From: Candidatus Hydrothermales bacterium
GTDB taxonomy: Bacteria > Hydrothermota > Hydrothermia > Hydrothermales > JAJRUZ01
Length of the DNA: 64,000 nucleotides
Assembly: GCA_039630575.1 (NCBI GenBank)
Contig: JBCNUW010000001.1
Location: 86,492 to 150,491, forward strand
Direction of reading: 5' to 3'
Shown: positions 1 to 8,665 of the stretch, one piece after another
Position numbering within the stretch: position 1 is the first letter of the stretch
Layout: the number at the start of each line of letters is the position of its first letter
The notes under the pieces: generated by a model
What the model saw: the letters and a program-made list of their open reading frames with translations, nothing else
Databases searched by the model: none
What the model was told of the DNA's origin: nothing
Made by a program: the position numbers and the translations under genes

Positions 1-712
1 CCTCCTTGAAAACATTCATTCCATCTTTTCTTCCTTTGTAGATAACACCTTTAGTATCACACATTATTATATTCTCCTTCTTTACGCCTAAAAGTAGGTA
101 AAATTTTGCACAGGCTATAGAAGAGGCTCCAGCACCATTAAAAACTACTTTAATTTGGTCAATCTTTTTACCAACAAGTTCAAGAGCATTCAGAAGAGCC
201 GCTCCGGAAATGATTGCTGTTCCGTGTTGATCGTCATGAAAAACAGGTATATCAAGTTCTGCTTTTAATCTCTCCTCAATTTCAAAACATTCAGGAGCCT
301 TTATATCCTCAAGATTTATTCCTCCAAAAGTAGGAGAAATAAGTTTACAAGTCTTTATAAATTCCTCTATGTCTTCAGTATTAATTTCTATATCAATAGC
401 ATCTACATCAGCAAACTTTTTAAATAGTACACATTTTCCTTCCATAACCGGTTTACCCGCAAGAGCTCCTATATTTCCTAGTCCTAAAACTGCTGTTCCG
501 TTCGATATAACAGCAACTAAGTTTCCTTTAGCTGTGTACTCATAAGCAAGGAGAGGATCTTTTTGGATTTCAAGACACGGTTCTGCAACCCCAGGGGTAT
601 AAGCAAGAGATAAATCTCTCTGAGTATCACAAGGTTTTGTTAACTTTATTTCAAGTTTACCTTTTTTGCCTCTTGAATGGTATTCAAGTGCTTCTTCTTT
701 TGTTATTTTCAT
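1..712 (-). CDS. NAD(P)-dependent malic enzyme, N-terminal ~237 aa; gene continues past window start
   Basis: Minus-strand translation from ATG 712-710 (AAGGAG SD upstream) gives ...[13 protein letters not shown]...[39 protein letters not shown]...[17 protein letters not shown]...[13 protein letters not shown], the malic-enzyme N-terminal and NAD-binding motifs; frame stays open to position 1. Confidence 0.85.
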   Translation of the reverse strand, partial: MKITKEEALEYHSRGKKGKLEIKLTKPCDTQRDLSLAYTPGVAEPCLEIQKDPLLAYEYTAKGNLVAVISNGTAVLGLGNIGALAGKPVMEGKCVLFKKFADVDAIDIEINTEDIEEFIKTCKLISPTFGGINLEDIKAPECFEIEERLKAELDIPVFHDDQHGTAIISGAALLNALELVGKKIDQIKVVFNGAGASSIACAKFYLLLGVKKENIIMCDTKGVIYKGRKDGMNVFKE

Positions 713-760
713 TTTGACTCCTTTTTGAAAATTATACAGGGATTTAAAACCCTAAAGAAT

Positions 761-1162
761 TTATTTTTTCTCTGACTTTTCCTTATTATACAAAAAATCA
801 AGATAGTCTTGCAATATATAGGAGGCTGAAATTGCGTGAATATTTTTTCTATGTTTTTTTGCAAGTTTTGAGGTCCTCCATTCGTCCCAAAAAACAGTCT
901 TTATTTTATATTCTTTTTCAATCTTTTCACTTATTTTTTTGATCTTAGTTGCTAATTCTAACTTTTTTCCTGAAATAGAGCGAGGTTCTCCAAAAAGAAC
1001 CTCTGAGGGCTTATATTTTTCAATCAATTCATCTAGAGCTTTTTTGAAGCTTTTTTTTCTTGTATCAATTTCAAAAAGAGGTGAAGAGATTAACCTATTT
1101 TCGTCAGATATTGCAAATCCAATATACCTTTCACCAAAATCAATTGCTAAGATTCTTGTTAT
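761..1162 (-). CDS. ruvX: Holliday-junction resolvase-like nuclease RuvX/YqgF; canonical ATG only at 1027, conserved N-terminus extends to the upstream stop at 1166
   Basis: Track ORF 761..1027 (MIEKYKPSEVLFGEPRSISG...) is the RuvX C-terminal half. The same frame upstream reads KITRILAIDFGERYIGFAISDENRLISSPLFEIDTRKKSFKKALDELI, which is the catalytic N-terminal IDFG...D motif. No ATG/GTG/TTG lies before it; candidate ATA/ATT start just after the TGA of the upstream gene. Confidence 0.7.
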   Translation of the reverse strand: MTRILAIDFGERYIGFAISDENRLISSPLFEIDTRKKSFKKALDELIEKYKPSEVLFGEPRSISGKKLELATKIKKISEKIEKEYKIKTVFWDEWRTSKLAKKHRKNIHAISASYILQDYLDFLYNKEKSEKK

Positions 1163-1165
1163 TTT

Positions 1166-2527
1166 TCAAAACTCCATTTTTTTAATTTTAATTTTAAGAA
1201 TTTTAAAAAATATAACTAAAAGAATAAATGAAAAAAATAAGAAAAGCAAAATATAGAAGGTAAATCCTGTTTCAACACCATAATAAAATTTTTGCATAGG
1301 CTGATGAAATAAAATAAACCCTGATAACAGAAGGTAAAGAATTAGTATTGAGGCTGTTAAAAAAGCACCCGGTCCAGATGCAACTCTTGCTGGATTTTTC
1401 TCATTAAATTGGGGGAATATGTATCCAATTGATAGTGACAAAAATGTCACGATAAATATAATAAACGGTAGGAGGAAAATGAAAAGTAAGGTCAAATCCT
1501 TAAAATATAGAACTTTAAGAGAAAAATGAGTTGAAAAAAATAAAAGATAACCAAGGAAAATGAGGAAAGTAAAGAAAAGAATTAATTGAAAATAAAAAAA
1601 ATTAAGTGGATTTTCACCAGCAAGAAAAAAAAGTGAAATTCCTCTTTCCTCAATAGATGGAGCAGGGTATATAAACCTTACTGATACAGTTATTAAAAGG
1701 TATATTACAAAAATAAAGTTAGCATAAATTATCATCACATGCCATATAGGAAAACTTATTCCTATACCTTTTCCTCTTACTGATATAACATAAAGAAAAA
1801 AGAGTAAAATTAGGAATATAAATTGCGAAATTTGTGAATAGTTTCTATAAAAACTTTTAAATTCCTTTTGAAGTAGAATAAATTTTGGGTTCCTTCCTCC
1901 TTGTGCTTTTTCTTTTATAAAACTCTTATGGTGAACTTTTTCGAAAGGTAAAACTGTAAGAATCATAAATAGAAAAAGATTAAATGCTAAAAGTAAAAGA
2001 AAAACATGCAAAATGTTTCTGTTATCTGTAAACGCAGAGAAAAACCAGTTTGATGGTAAAAAGTATGGCGACATCGTTCCTGCACGTCTGAGAATTTGAA
2101 TTGCTTCATCTATACTTTTGGCATCAAAAATTTTAAAAACTTCAGGTTTACCAAATTTTAAATATAAATAGATGAATACAAGAAAAATTACCCCAAAAAA
2201 AATTGGTAAAAGTTCCCTTTTTAAAATAGGAGAAAACCTAACAAATAGGTAAAAGAGAAATATTCCTATAAGCCCTGCAGAAATAATATAAAGAAAAAAA
2301 TCAAGAAGAATAAAAATTAGATATGTTTTTTTTATCTCAAATATAGCTATATATGAAAAAAGAAAAGGGATGAGAAAAATTAATGGAACCCAGGAAGAAT
2401 AAATTATTATTTCAAAAAATTTTATAATAAATATACTTTCTTTTTGAACTGGAAATCTAAATAAAAAAGAAAACTCCTCATCTTCAAAAAAAATAGAGAA
2501 ACTGCTCACAATATTAGATAATATCAA
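1166..2527 (-). CDS. polytopic inner-membrane protein (>=10 predicted TM segments), function unknown; possibly the C-terminal part of a longer frameshifted gene
   Basis: 453-aa ORF, TTG start, extremely hydrophobic F/I/L-rich repeated helices. In-frame continuity with ORF 2514..2759 would be restored by a 1-nt change in an A6/T6 run at the junction. Confidence 0.6.
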   Translation of the reverse strand: MILSNIVSSFSIFFEDEEFSFLFRFPVQKESIFIIKFFEIIIYSSWVPLIFLIPFLFSYIAIFEIKKTYLIFILLDFFLYIISAGLIGIFLFYLFVRFSPILKRELLPIFFGVIFLVFIYLYLKFGKPEVFKIFDAKSIDEAIQILRRAGTMSPYFLPSNWFFSAFTDNRNILHVFLLLLAFNLFLFMILTVLPFEKVHHKSFIKEKAQGGRNPKFILLQKEFKSFYRNYSQISQFIFLILLFFLYVISVRGKGIGISFPIWHVMIIYANFIFVIYLLITVSVRFIYPAPSIEERGISLFFLAGENPLNFFYFQLILFFTFLIFLGYLLFFSTHFSLKVLYFKDLTLLFIFLLPFIIFIVTFLSLSIGYIFPQFNEKNPARVASGPGAFLTASILILYLLLSGFILFHQPMQKFYYGVETGFTFYILLFLFFSFILLVIFFKILKIKIKKMEF

Positions 2528-2759
2528 AAAAGATACTCATTAGAGTAAAATCAACAAACTTCTGTGATACGATAATACCAAGTACTGGTATTTTATTTAA
2601 GAAGTAAAAAAATCTGTAAAAAAAGTAATAAATAAGGATAAGTAAAATAGTTGCAAAAATTAATGGTAATGAAACTCTTTTCCAAAATGAAAAAGATTTT
2701 AAAAGATTTAATAAGATCCTTGATTTCAGATAAAAAAGTAAATAAATTTCCCTTATCAA
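2514..2759 (-). CDS. small hydrophobic ORF (81 aa), probably the N-terminal fragment of the downstream membrane protein
   Basis: Hydrophobic 81-aa ORF starting immediately after the cysC stop; ends ...MSIFFDII* overlapping the start of ORF 1166..2527 in another frame. Confidence 0.4.
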   Translation of the reverse strand: MIREIYLLFYLKSRILLNLLKSFSFWKRVSLPLIFATILLILIYYFFYRFFYFLNKIPVLGIIVSQKFVDFTLMSIFFDII

Positions 2760-3364
2760 ATGTAACCCAAATCCTCAAGCCTTTTTTTTATTTCTTCCTC
2801 TTCTTCCTCTGTATAGCCCCTTTCTTCCTCAATTTTCTCTATGAATCCATTTTCTTCCAGAAATTTTAAAATCTTATTTACACTCTCACTGACAGTTTCC
2901 TTTTCAGTGTCACATATAACCTCAGGATTTAGAGGTTCTTCATAGGGATCATCGATTCCTGTGAAATTCTTTATTATACCTTCTCTTGCTTTTCTATACA
3001 TACCCTTAACATCTCTCTTTTCACAAGTCTCTAAACTTGCTTTGACATAAACTTCAACAAACTTTGGTAAAAGCTCTCTTGCTTTTTGTCTTCCCTCTCT
3101 GTAGGGAGAGACTAGTGCCACTATTACATTTACTCCATGTTTTGTCAAAAGTTCGGAAAGCACAGAAACTCTCCTCATATTTTCGATTCTATCTTCTCTT
3201 GTGAAACCAAGATCTTTATTTAAAAAAGTCCTTACAATATCTCCATCAAGGATTTCCACATCTTCGTTTCTCTCTGAGAGTATTTCTGCTAACTTCTTGG
3301 CTATAGTGCTTTTACCAGAGCACGGTAAACCGGTAAGCCAAACACAAAAACCCCTTTTTTTCAA
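2756..3364 (-). CDS. cysC: adenylyl-sulfate (APS) kinase with acidic C-terminal extension
   Basis: GFCVWLTGLPCSGKSTIAKKL P-loop and overall APS-kinase pattern; C-terminus EEERGYTEEEEEEIKKRLEDLGYI. Confidence 0.85.
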   Translation of the reverse strand: MKKRGFCVWLTGLPCSGKSTIAKKLAEILSERNEDVEILDGDIVRTFLNKDLGFTREDRIENMRRVSVLSELLTKHGVNVIVALVSPYREGRQKARELLPKFVEVYVKASLETCEKRDVKGMYRKAREGIIKNFTGIDDPYEEPLNPEVICDTEKETVSESVNKILKFLEENGFIEKIEEERGYTEEEEEEIKKRLEDLGYI

Positions 3365-3429
3365 CTTTATTTGATAAAATTTTTAAGGCTTTGAACCTTT
3401 TTAATTCTCTCAGAGCAAAATTTTAACAC

Positions 3430-3458
3430 TTGACAAATTATTATTAATTATATTATAT
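3430..3458 (+). promoter_or_regulatory. candidate sigma70-type promoter for fbp-ptsH-ptsI (TTGACA-N17-TTATAT)
   Basis: TTGACA at 3430-3435; AT-rich -10-like hexamers 15-17 nt downstream; lies in the 180-bp divergent intergenic region. Confidence 0.3.
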
Positions 3459-3544
3459 TATAGTATTGAAAAAAGAAAAAATCAAATAAAAACATGGATT
3501 GAGGGTTCCAGGCCCTTATTATTTTGAAGTTGGAGGTTTTTTGA

Positions 3545-4639
3545 ATGAAGGTTACTGTAAGTGTAATCAAGGCTGATGTAGGGGGATATGTTGGTCATTC
3601 CAGTATGCATCCTGCTTTGATGGCATTAGCTGAGGATGAGCTTGAAGAGGCTAAAAAGAAAGGGATAATTATTGATTATTTCGTTGCTCATGCTGGTGAT
3701 GATCTTGAGCTTGTTATGACCCACACAAAAGGTATAGACAATTCTGATATTCATGGACTTGCCTTTCAAATTTTTAAAAAATGTACAAAAAAGGCTGAAG
3801 AGCTTGGATTATATGGAGCAGGACAAGATATACTTTCTGATGCCTTCTCAGGAAATATAAAGGGCATGGGACCAGGTGTAGCAGAAATGGAATTAGAGGA
3901 GAGAAGTTCAGAACCTATAATTATTTTCATGGCTGACAAAACCTCTCCAGGTGCTTGGAACTTACCATTATTTAAAATATTTGCTGATCCATTTAACACA
4001 GCTGGTCTTGTAATTGATCCTAAATTACATGACGGGTTTGTTTTTGAAGTACTTCATATGAAAGAAGGTAAGGTTGTTAAATTGAACTGTCCTGAAGAGA
4101 TGTATTCACTTTTAGCTCTTATTGGTGCTGTTGAAGTCTACGCAATAAAAAATGTATACAGAAAGGACGGTATAATCGCTGCAACTGCCTCAACGCAGAG
4201 ATTATCTCTGATAGCCGGAAGGTATGTAGGTAAGGATGATCCTGTTATGATAGTTAGAGCTCAAAGTGGTTTTCCTGCTGTTGGTGAGATTCTTGAAGCC
4301 TTTTCTCATGCACACCTTGTTGCTGGTTGGATGAGGGGTTCTCATTGGGGTCCACTTATGCCTGTATCAATGAAAGATGCTTCCTGTACAAGGTTTGATG
4401 GTCCTCCAAGAGTTGTTGCCCTTGGATTCCAGTTAAAGGATGGAAAACTCATCGGACCAAAGGACTTATTTGACGATCCTGCTTTTGATTTAACAAGAAA
4501 AAAGGCACAGGAAATTACAGATTATATAAGGAGGATGGGACCTTTTGAACCTCAAAGGCTTGGTTTAGAAGAAATGGAATATACAACTTTACCATCTGTT
4601 ATAGAGAAATTAAAAGATAGATTTATAGATCTTGATTGA
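3545..4639 (+). CDS. fbp: fructose-1,6-bisphosphate aldolase/phosphatase (class V FBPase, archaeal/deep-branching type)
   Basis: MKVTVSVIKADVGGYVGHSSMHP... N-terminus and family-wide conservation; GGAGG SD 8 nt upstream. Confidence 0.9.
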   Translation: MKVTVSVIKADVGGYVGHSSMHPALMALAEDELEEAKKKGIIIDYFVAHAGDDLELVMTHTKGIDNSDIHGLAFQIFKKCTKKAEELGLYGAGQDILSDAFSGNIKGMGPGVAEMELEERSSEPIIIFMADKTSPGAWNLPLFKIFADPFNTAGLVIDPKLHDGFVFEVLHMKEGKVVKLNCPEEMYSLLALIGAVEVYAIKNVYRKDGIIAATASTQRLSLIAGRYVGKDDPVMIVRAQSGFPAVGEILEAFSHAHLVAGWMRGSHWGPLMPVSMKDASCTRFDGPPRVVALGFQLKDGKLIGPKDLFDDPAFDLTRKKAQEITDYIRRMGPFEPQRLGLEEMEYTTLPSVIEKLKDRFIDLD

Positions 4640-4898
4640 GAAGGAAGTAATTGTAAAAAATACACTTGGTATACATGCAAGACCTGCAACTCAATTTGTT
4701 AAAATAGCATCTAAGTATAATTGTGATGTTTATGTAATAAAGGACGGCGTGGAGGTAAATGGAAAAAGCATAATGAGTTTACTGATTTTAACAGCTACAA
4801 AAGGCAGCAAGCTTACTATAAGGTGTTCAGGTGAAGATGAGGAAAAAGCTTTGAAAGAATTAGTTGATTTAGTGGAGGAAGGATTCGGTGAGGACTAA
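4632..4898 (+). CDS. ptsH: phosphocarrier protein HPr
   Basis: 88 aa, TLGIHARPATQFV active-site His motif; TTG start overlapping the fbp stop. Confidence 0.9.
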   Translation: MIEKEVIVKNTLGIHARPATQFVKIASKYNCDVYVIKDGVEVNGKSIMSLLILTATKGSKLTIRCSGEDEEKALKELVDLVEEGFGED

Positions 4899-6618
4899 AA
4901 TTAAGACTAAGATTTTTCAAGGAATCCCAGCTTCAAAGGGTGTAGTAATAGGAAAAGTAAAGAAATTTGATCTTAAAATTTTAAAAATTTCAGATCAAGA
5001 GGTCAAAAACAAAAGAGAGGAACTTGAAAAGTTTGAAAGGGCAAAAAGAGAGATAACAAGAGAGTTAGAGCTTGTATTAGAGCACTTTAGAGGAAGTTAT
5101 AGAAGAATAATTGAAAGTGAAATACTTATTATTAACGATCCTGTTATAGAAGACTACGTAAAAAATTACATCGAAAAAGGTTACAGTGCTCAGATGGCTT
5201 TCATTGAATCAATGAAAACCTTTCTTGCAAAGCTTGAACAGAGTGACAGTCTAGTCTTTAAACAACGAGCAAGAGAGATAAATCACCTTATAAGAAAGGT
5301 TTTAGAAGTTATCCACGGTAAACCGAGTTTAATTGATGCAGAGCAAGGAACAGTAATAGTTTCAGATGACATATCACCAATAGATGTCTTTTCAATTTCA
5401 AGACAAACTGATATAGGAATTGTGATAGAGCATGGTGGTCCCACTTCTCATAGTATCATAGTAGCAAAAAATTTAAAAATACCAACAGTTTGTGCTGTAA
5501 AGGATATAACGGAATTTGCTAAAGATGGAGATGAGATTATTTTAGATGGGTGGTCTGGAAAAGTTATTTTAAATCCTGATGAGGAATCAAAAAGAGAATA
5601 TCAGAGAAAACCGTTACTTTATACTGAAGCATTAGATAAAATTATAAAGGGACCGAAAACAGGAAAAGGAAAAGAAAGAAAAAGAGTTTCAGTTATGGGG
5701 AATGCCGCAAGTTTGGATGAAGTTGAGGAAATTGTAAGAAACAAGGGATTCGGAGTTGGTCTTTTTAGAACAGAACTTTTAATGTGGGATCCCACAGTGT
5801 GGTACAACGAAGATAAACTGGCAGAAATTTTTGAGAGAGGATCAAAAATGGTTTTTCCTGATCCGCTCATTATAAGATTAATTGATATAGCCGGTGAACC
5901 AACAATCCCTGGGTTTGAAGAAAAAAATCCCTTTCTTGGTCTAAGAGGAATAAGATTCCTTTTGTTTGAGAAAGAAATAATGAAAAAGATGATGCGTTCT
6001 ATTCTTAAAGCCTCTAATCTTGGAAATATAAGGATTCTTCTACCCCTTGTATCCACATTGAAGGAAGTTGAAGAAACAAGGAATGTTTTAGAAAAAGCTA
6101 AAAAGGAACTTACAAGAGAAGACATACCTTTTGATAATTATATAAACGTTGGAATCATGGTTGAAACACCAGCTTCTGCCCTAATGGTAAAAGAATTTAC
6201 TCCTATTGTTGACTTTTTCTCAATAGGAACAAACGATTTAACTCAGTATACTTTAGCAGTTGATAGAACCCATCCACTACTTGCTCCACTTTATAGTGAG
6301 TTTCACCCATCTGTTTTAAATTTAGTAAATCATGTTGTAAAGGGAGCACATCCATATAGAAAAAAAGTTGCAGTTTGTGGAGAAATGGCTTCTGATCCTC
6401 TTGGTGCAATAATACTAATGGGATTGGGTGTTGATGAGCTTTCAGTCCATCCTGATGCAATACCGCTTCTATACGGTGTATTTCAATGGCTTGAATATAA
6501 AAAAGTAAAGGAATTCGCTCGTAAGACATTAGAAATGCCGGACTCAAAAACTGTCAAAGAAAAAACAATTGAATTTATAAGGAAAAATATACCTCCTTTA
6601 GGAATATTTTACGAGTAA
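4888..6618 (+). CDS. ptsI: phosphoenolpyruvate-protein phosphotransferase (PTS enzyme I)
   Basis: GGPTSHSIIVAKNLKIPTV phospho-His region and C-terminal CGEMASDPLGAIILMGLGVDELSV PEP-utilising domain; GTG start overlapping the ptsH end. Confidence 0.9.
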   Translation: MRTKIKTKIFQGIPASKGVVIGKVKKFDLKILKISDQEVKNKREELEKFERAKREITRELELVLEHFRGSYRRIIESEILIINDPVIEDYVKNYIEKGYSAQMAFIESMKTFLAKLEQSDSLVFKQRAREINHLIRKVLEVIHGKPSLIDAEQGTVIVSDDISPIDVFSISRQTDIGIVIEHGGPTSHSIIVAKNLKIPTVCAVKDITEFAKDGDEIILDGWSGKVILNPDEESKREYQRKPLLYTEALDKIIKGPKTGKGKERKRVSVMGNAASLDEVEEIVRNKGFGVGLFRTELLMWDPTVWYNEDKLAEIFERGSKMVFPDPLIIRLIDIAGEPTIPGFEEKNPFLGLRGIRFLLFEKEIMKKMMRSILKASNLGNIRILLPLVSTLKEVEETRNVLEKAKKELTREDIPFDNYINVGIMVETPASALMVKEFTPIVDFFSIGTNDLTQYTLAVDRTHPLLAPLYSEFHPSVLNLVNHVVKGAHPYRKKVAVCGEMASDPLGAIILMGLGVDELSVHPDAIPLLYGVFQWLEYKKVKEFARKTLEMPDSKTVKEKTIEFIRKNIPPLGIFYE

Positions 6619-6637
6619 AAAATTTAAGAGAATCTAT

Positions 6638-7945
6638 TTAAAAAGATAACTTAAAACCTATGTTATTTATCTCCTTAATAACTAACCTTTCAAAATTAAA
6701 CTTTTTAATATCTTCTTCTGAGTCAATATAAGATTTAACATCTATTTCAGGGGCATCAAATTCGGTGTGTCCAAAGATTCTTTTATCTTTTTTATATTCT
6801 GGAATAAATGTTACCTTTTTACCTATCAACTTAACAAGTGAGTTATTATTTTTTTCTAATATAAGCCTTTCCATGATATTAAATCTTTCTTCAGTAATAG
6901 TCTTTTTAAGTAATTTATAGTTTTGAAAAGCAAAACTTTCTCTTTCAGGATGAAATTTAAAAAGAGCCCATCTTTTAAATATCTCATTTTTCTTACAAAA
7001 CTCGTAAAGTTCTTCAAAATCTTTTTCCTCCTCTTCAGGAAAACCCACAATTATTTCAGTTCTGATTGTCAAATCTCTTTGATTACTATACTTTTCAATC
7101 AATTCAAGGGCTTTAAAAACTGCCTTTTTACCACCTCTTCTTCTCATTTTCTTTAAAACACTCTCTGAAACATGTTGAATTGGTATATCAAGATAGGGAG
7201 CTATTTTTTCATTTTCAACTATTATTTTTAATGTTTCCTCATCTAAGTCAGCAGGATGGAGGTAGAAAACTCTCAAGATTTTGAGCTTTTTAAATTTTAA
7301 AAGCTTTTTTAGAAGATCTTTTAAACTTTTCCTTTTATAAAGATCAATTCCATAAAGACCTGTGGATTGAGAGATTAAAATTATCTCGTAGAATTCGGAA
7401 TCTAAAAGTGATTTTACCTCCTCCATAACCTTTTCCAATGGTTTTGATCGATATTTACCTCTTAAAAGTGGAATAATGCAAAAAGAACACTTTTCATTGC
7501 ACCCTTCTGATATTTTTAGGTAAGCATAATTTATGGTCGGAATAATTCTTGGTGTTTTTTCTGTATAAAGAAATTTTGGTGTATCAAAGCTTGGATTAAC
7601 CTTTCTATCAATTATTTTATCTATTTTTTTTATATCATCAAAACCAAATAAAAGATCTATTTCTTTAAATCTTTCTTTTATACTATCTTTAAACCTGTGA
7701 ACGTAACATCCTCCTACAGCAATATAGTTAATTTTTTTTCTTTTTTTAAGTTCAATAAATTTTCTTATAACCTCTTCAGTCTCCTTTACCGCAGGTTCAA
7801 TAAAGGCACAGGTCATTACGAAAACTGCTTGCGCATCATCTTGTTTAACTAATTCAAAACCACAATTAAGAAGTTTTCCTGCTAGGTATTCACTGTCTAC
7901 TTGATTTTTAGGACAGCCCAAGGTAACAATTGATATTTTTTTCAT
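6638..7945 (-). CDS. rimO: ribosomal protein S12 methylthiotransferase RimO (radical SAM MTTase)
   Basis: MKKISIVTLGCPKNQVDSE N-terminal MTTase domain, CNEKCSFC radical-SAM cysteine motif, C-terminal TRAM-like region. Confidence 0.8.
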   Translation of the reverse strand: MKKISIVTLGCPKNQVDSEYLAGKLLNCGFELVKQDDAQAVFVMTCAFIEPAVKETEEVIRKFIELKKRKKINYIAVGGCYVHRFKDSIKERFKEIDLLFGFDDIKKIDKIIDRKVNPSFDTPKFLYTEKTPRIIPTINYAYLKISEGCNEKCSFCIIPLLRGKYRSKPLEKVMEEVKSLLDSEFYEIILISQSTGLYGIDLYKRKSLKDLLKKLLKFKKLKILRVFYLHPADLDEETLKIIVENEKIAPYLDIPIQHVSESVLKKMRRRGGKKAVFKALELIEKYSNQRDLTIRTEIIVGFPEEEEKDFEELYEFCKKNEIFKRWALFKFHPERESFAFQNYKLLKKTITEERFNIMERLILEKNNNSLVKLIGKKVTFIPEYKKDKRIFGHTEFDAPEIDVKSYIDSEEDIKKFNFERLVIKEINNIGFKLSF

Positions 7946-7966
7946 TAAGTTATATTATAATATAAT

Positions 7967-8665
7967 TTGAATAACTTGAGAAATAAAGGACTTATATACG
8001 CGGTAGATGATGAATCTGATATTATAGATCTTCTAAGGCACCATCTTGAAAAAGTAGGTTATAGCTTTGAGGGATTTTATGATGCCTTGAGTTTCTTAAA
8101 TACTCTTAGGAGAAAAAAACCCGATCTTATAATTCTTGATCTTATGCTTCCAGATTATGATGGTATTGAATTGTGTAAGGAGTTAAAAAGAGAGAATGAT
8201 TATAAAGATATTCCAATAATTGTGCTTACAGCAAGATCAAAGATAGAGGAAAAAATTTTAGGTTTGGAAATAGGAGCGGATGACTATGTTACAAAACCTT
8301 TTTCTCCAAGAGAGCTTGTTGCAAGGGTAAATGCTGTTTTGAGGAGATATAAAGAAAAAGAGGAAGAAAAAGATGTTATTAAGGTAAATGACATTTTAAA
8401 AGTTGATATTAAAAAATATGAAGTTTATGTTAATAATAAAAAAGTTTATTTAAGACCAGCAGAATTCAAATTATTAAAACTTCTTGTTGAAAAAAAAGGT
8501 ATCTTATTTACTCGGAGACAGATTCTTGAATACATATCAAAGGGAAAAAAGATTGTTTATGAAAGGACTGTTGATGTTCATGTAAGAAACTTAAGGAAAA
8601 AACTTGGTGTAGCGGCAAAATTTATAAAAAACATAAAGGGTTTGGGGTATAAGTTTGAAACATGA
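7967..8665 (+). CDS. phoB: OmpR/PhoB-family response regulator (receiver + winged-helix)
   Basis: IYAVDDESDIIDLL...LDLMLPDYDGIEL...VLTARSKIEEKILGLEIGADDYVTKPFSPRELVARV; next to a histidine kinase and the pst operon. TTG start at 7967 or 7976. Confidence 0.75.
   Translation: MNNLRNKGLIYAVDDESDIIDLLRHHLEKVGYSFEGFYDALSFLNTLRRKKPDLIILDLMLPDYDGIELCKELKRENDYKDIPIIVLTARSKIEEKILGLEIGADDYVTKPFSPRELVARVNAVLRRYKEKEEEKDVIKVNDILKVDIKKYEVYVNNKKVYLRPAEFKLLKLLVEKKGILFTRRQILEYISKGKKIVYERTVDVHVRNLRKKLGVAAKFIKNIKGLGYKFET

Noticed and set aside
5619-6547. Antisense ORFs 5619..6125 and 6203..6547 inside ptsI. Similar shadow ORFs: 939..1256, 3766..3999, 6856..7156, 9039..9455, 10431..10769, 12984..13358, 13731..14066, 15208..15678, 19283..20230, 22400..22639, 36430..36639, 51370..51777, 58606..58914, 61799..62158
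   Set aside because: Each lies entirely within a strongly supported gene on the opposite strand, has low-complexity S/L/F-rich composition and no motif. They are typical shadow ORFs of AT-rich DNA
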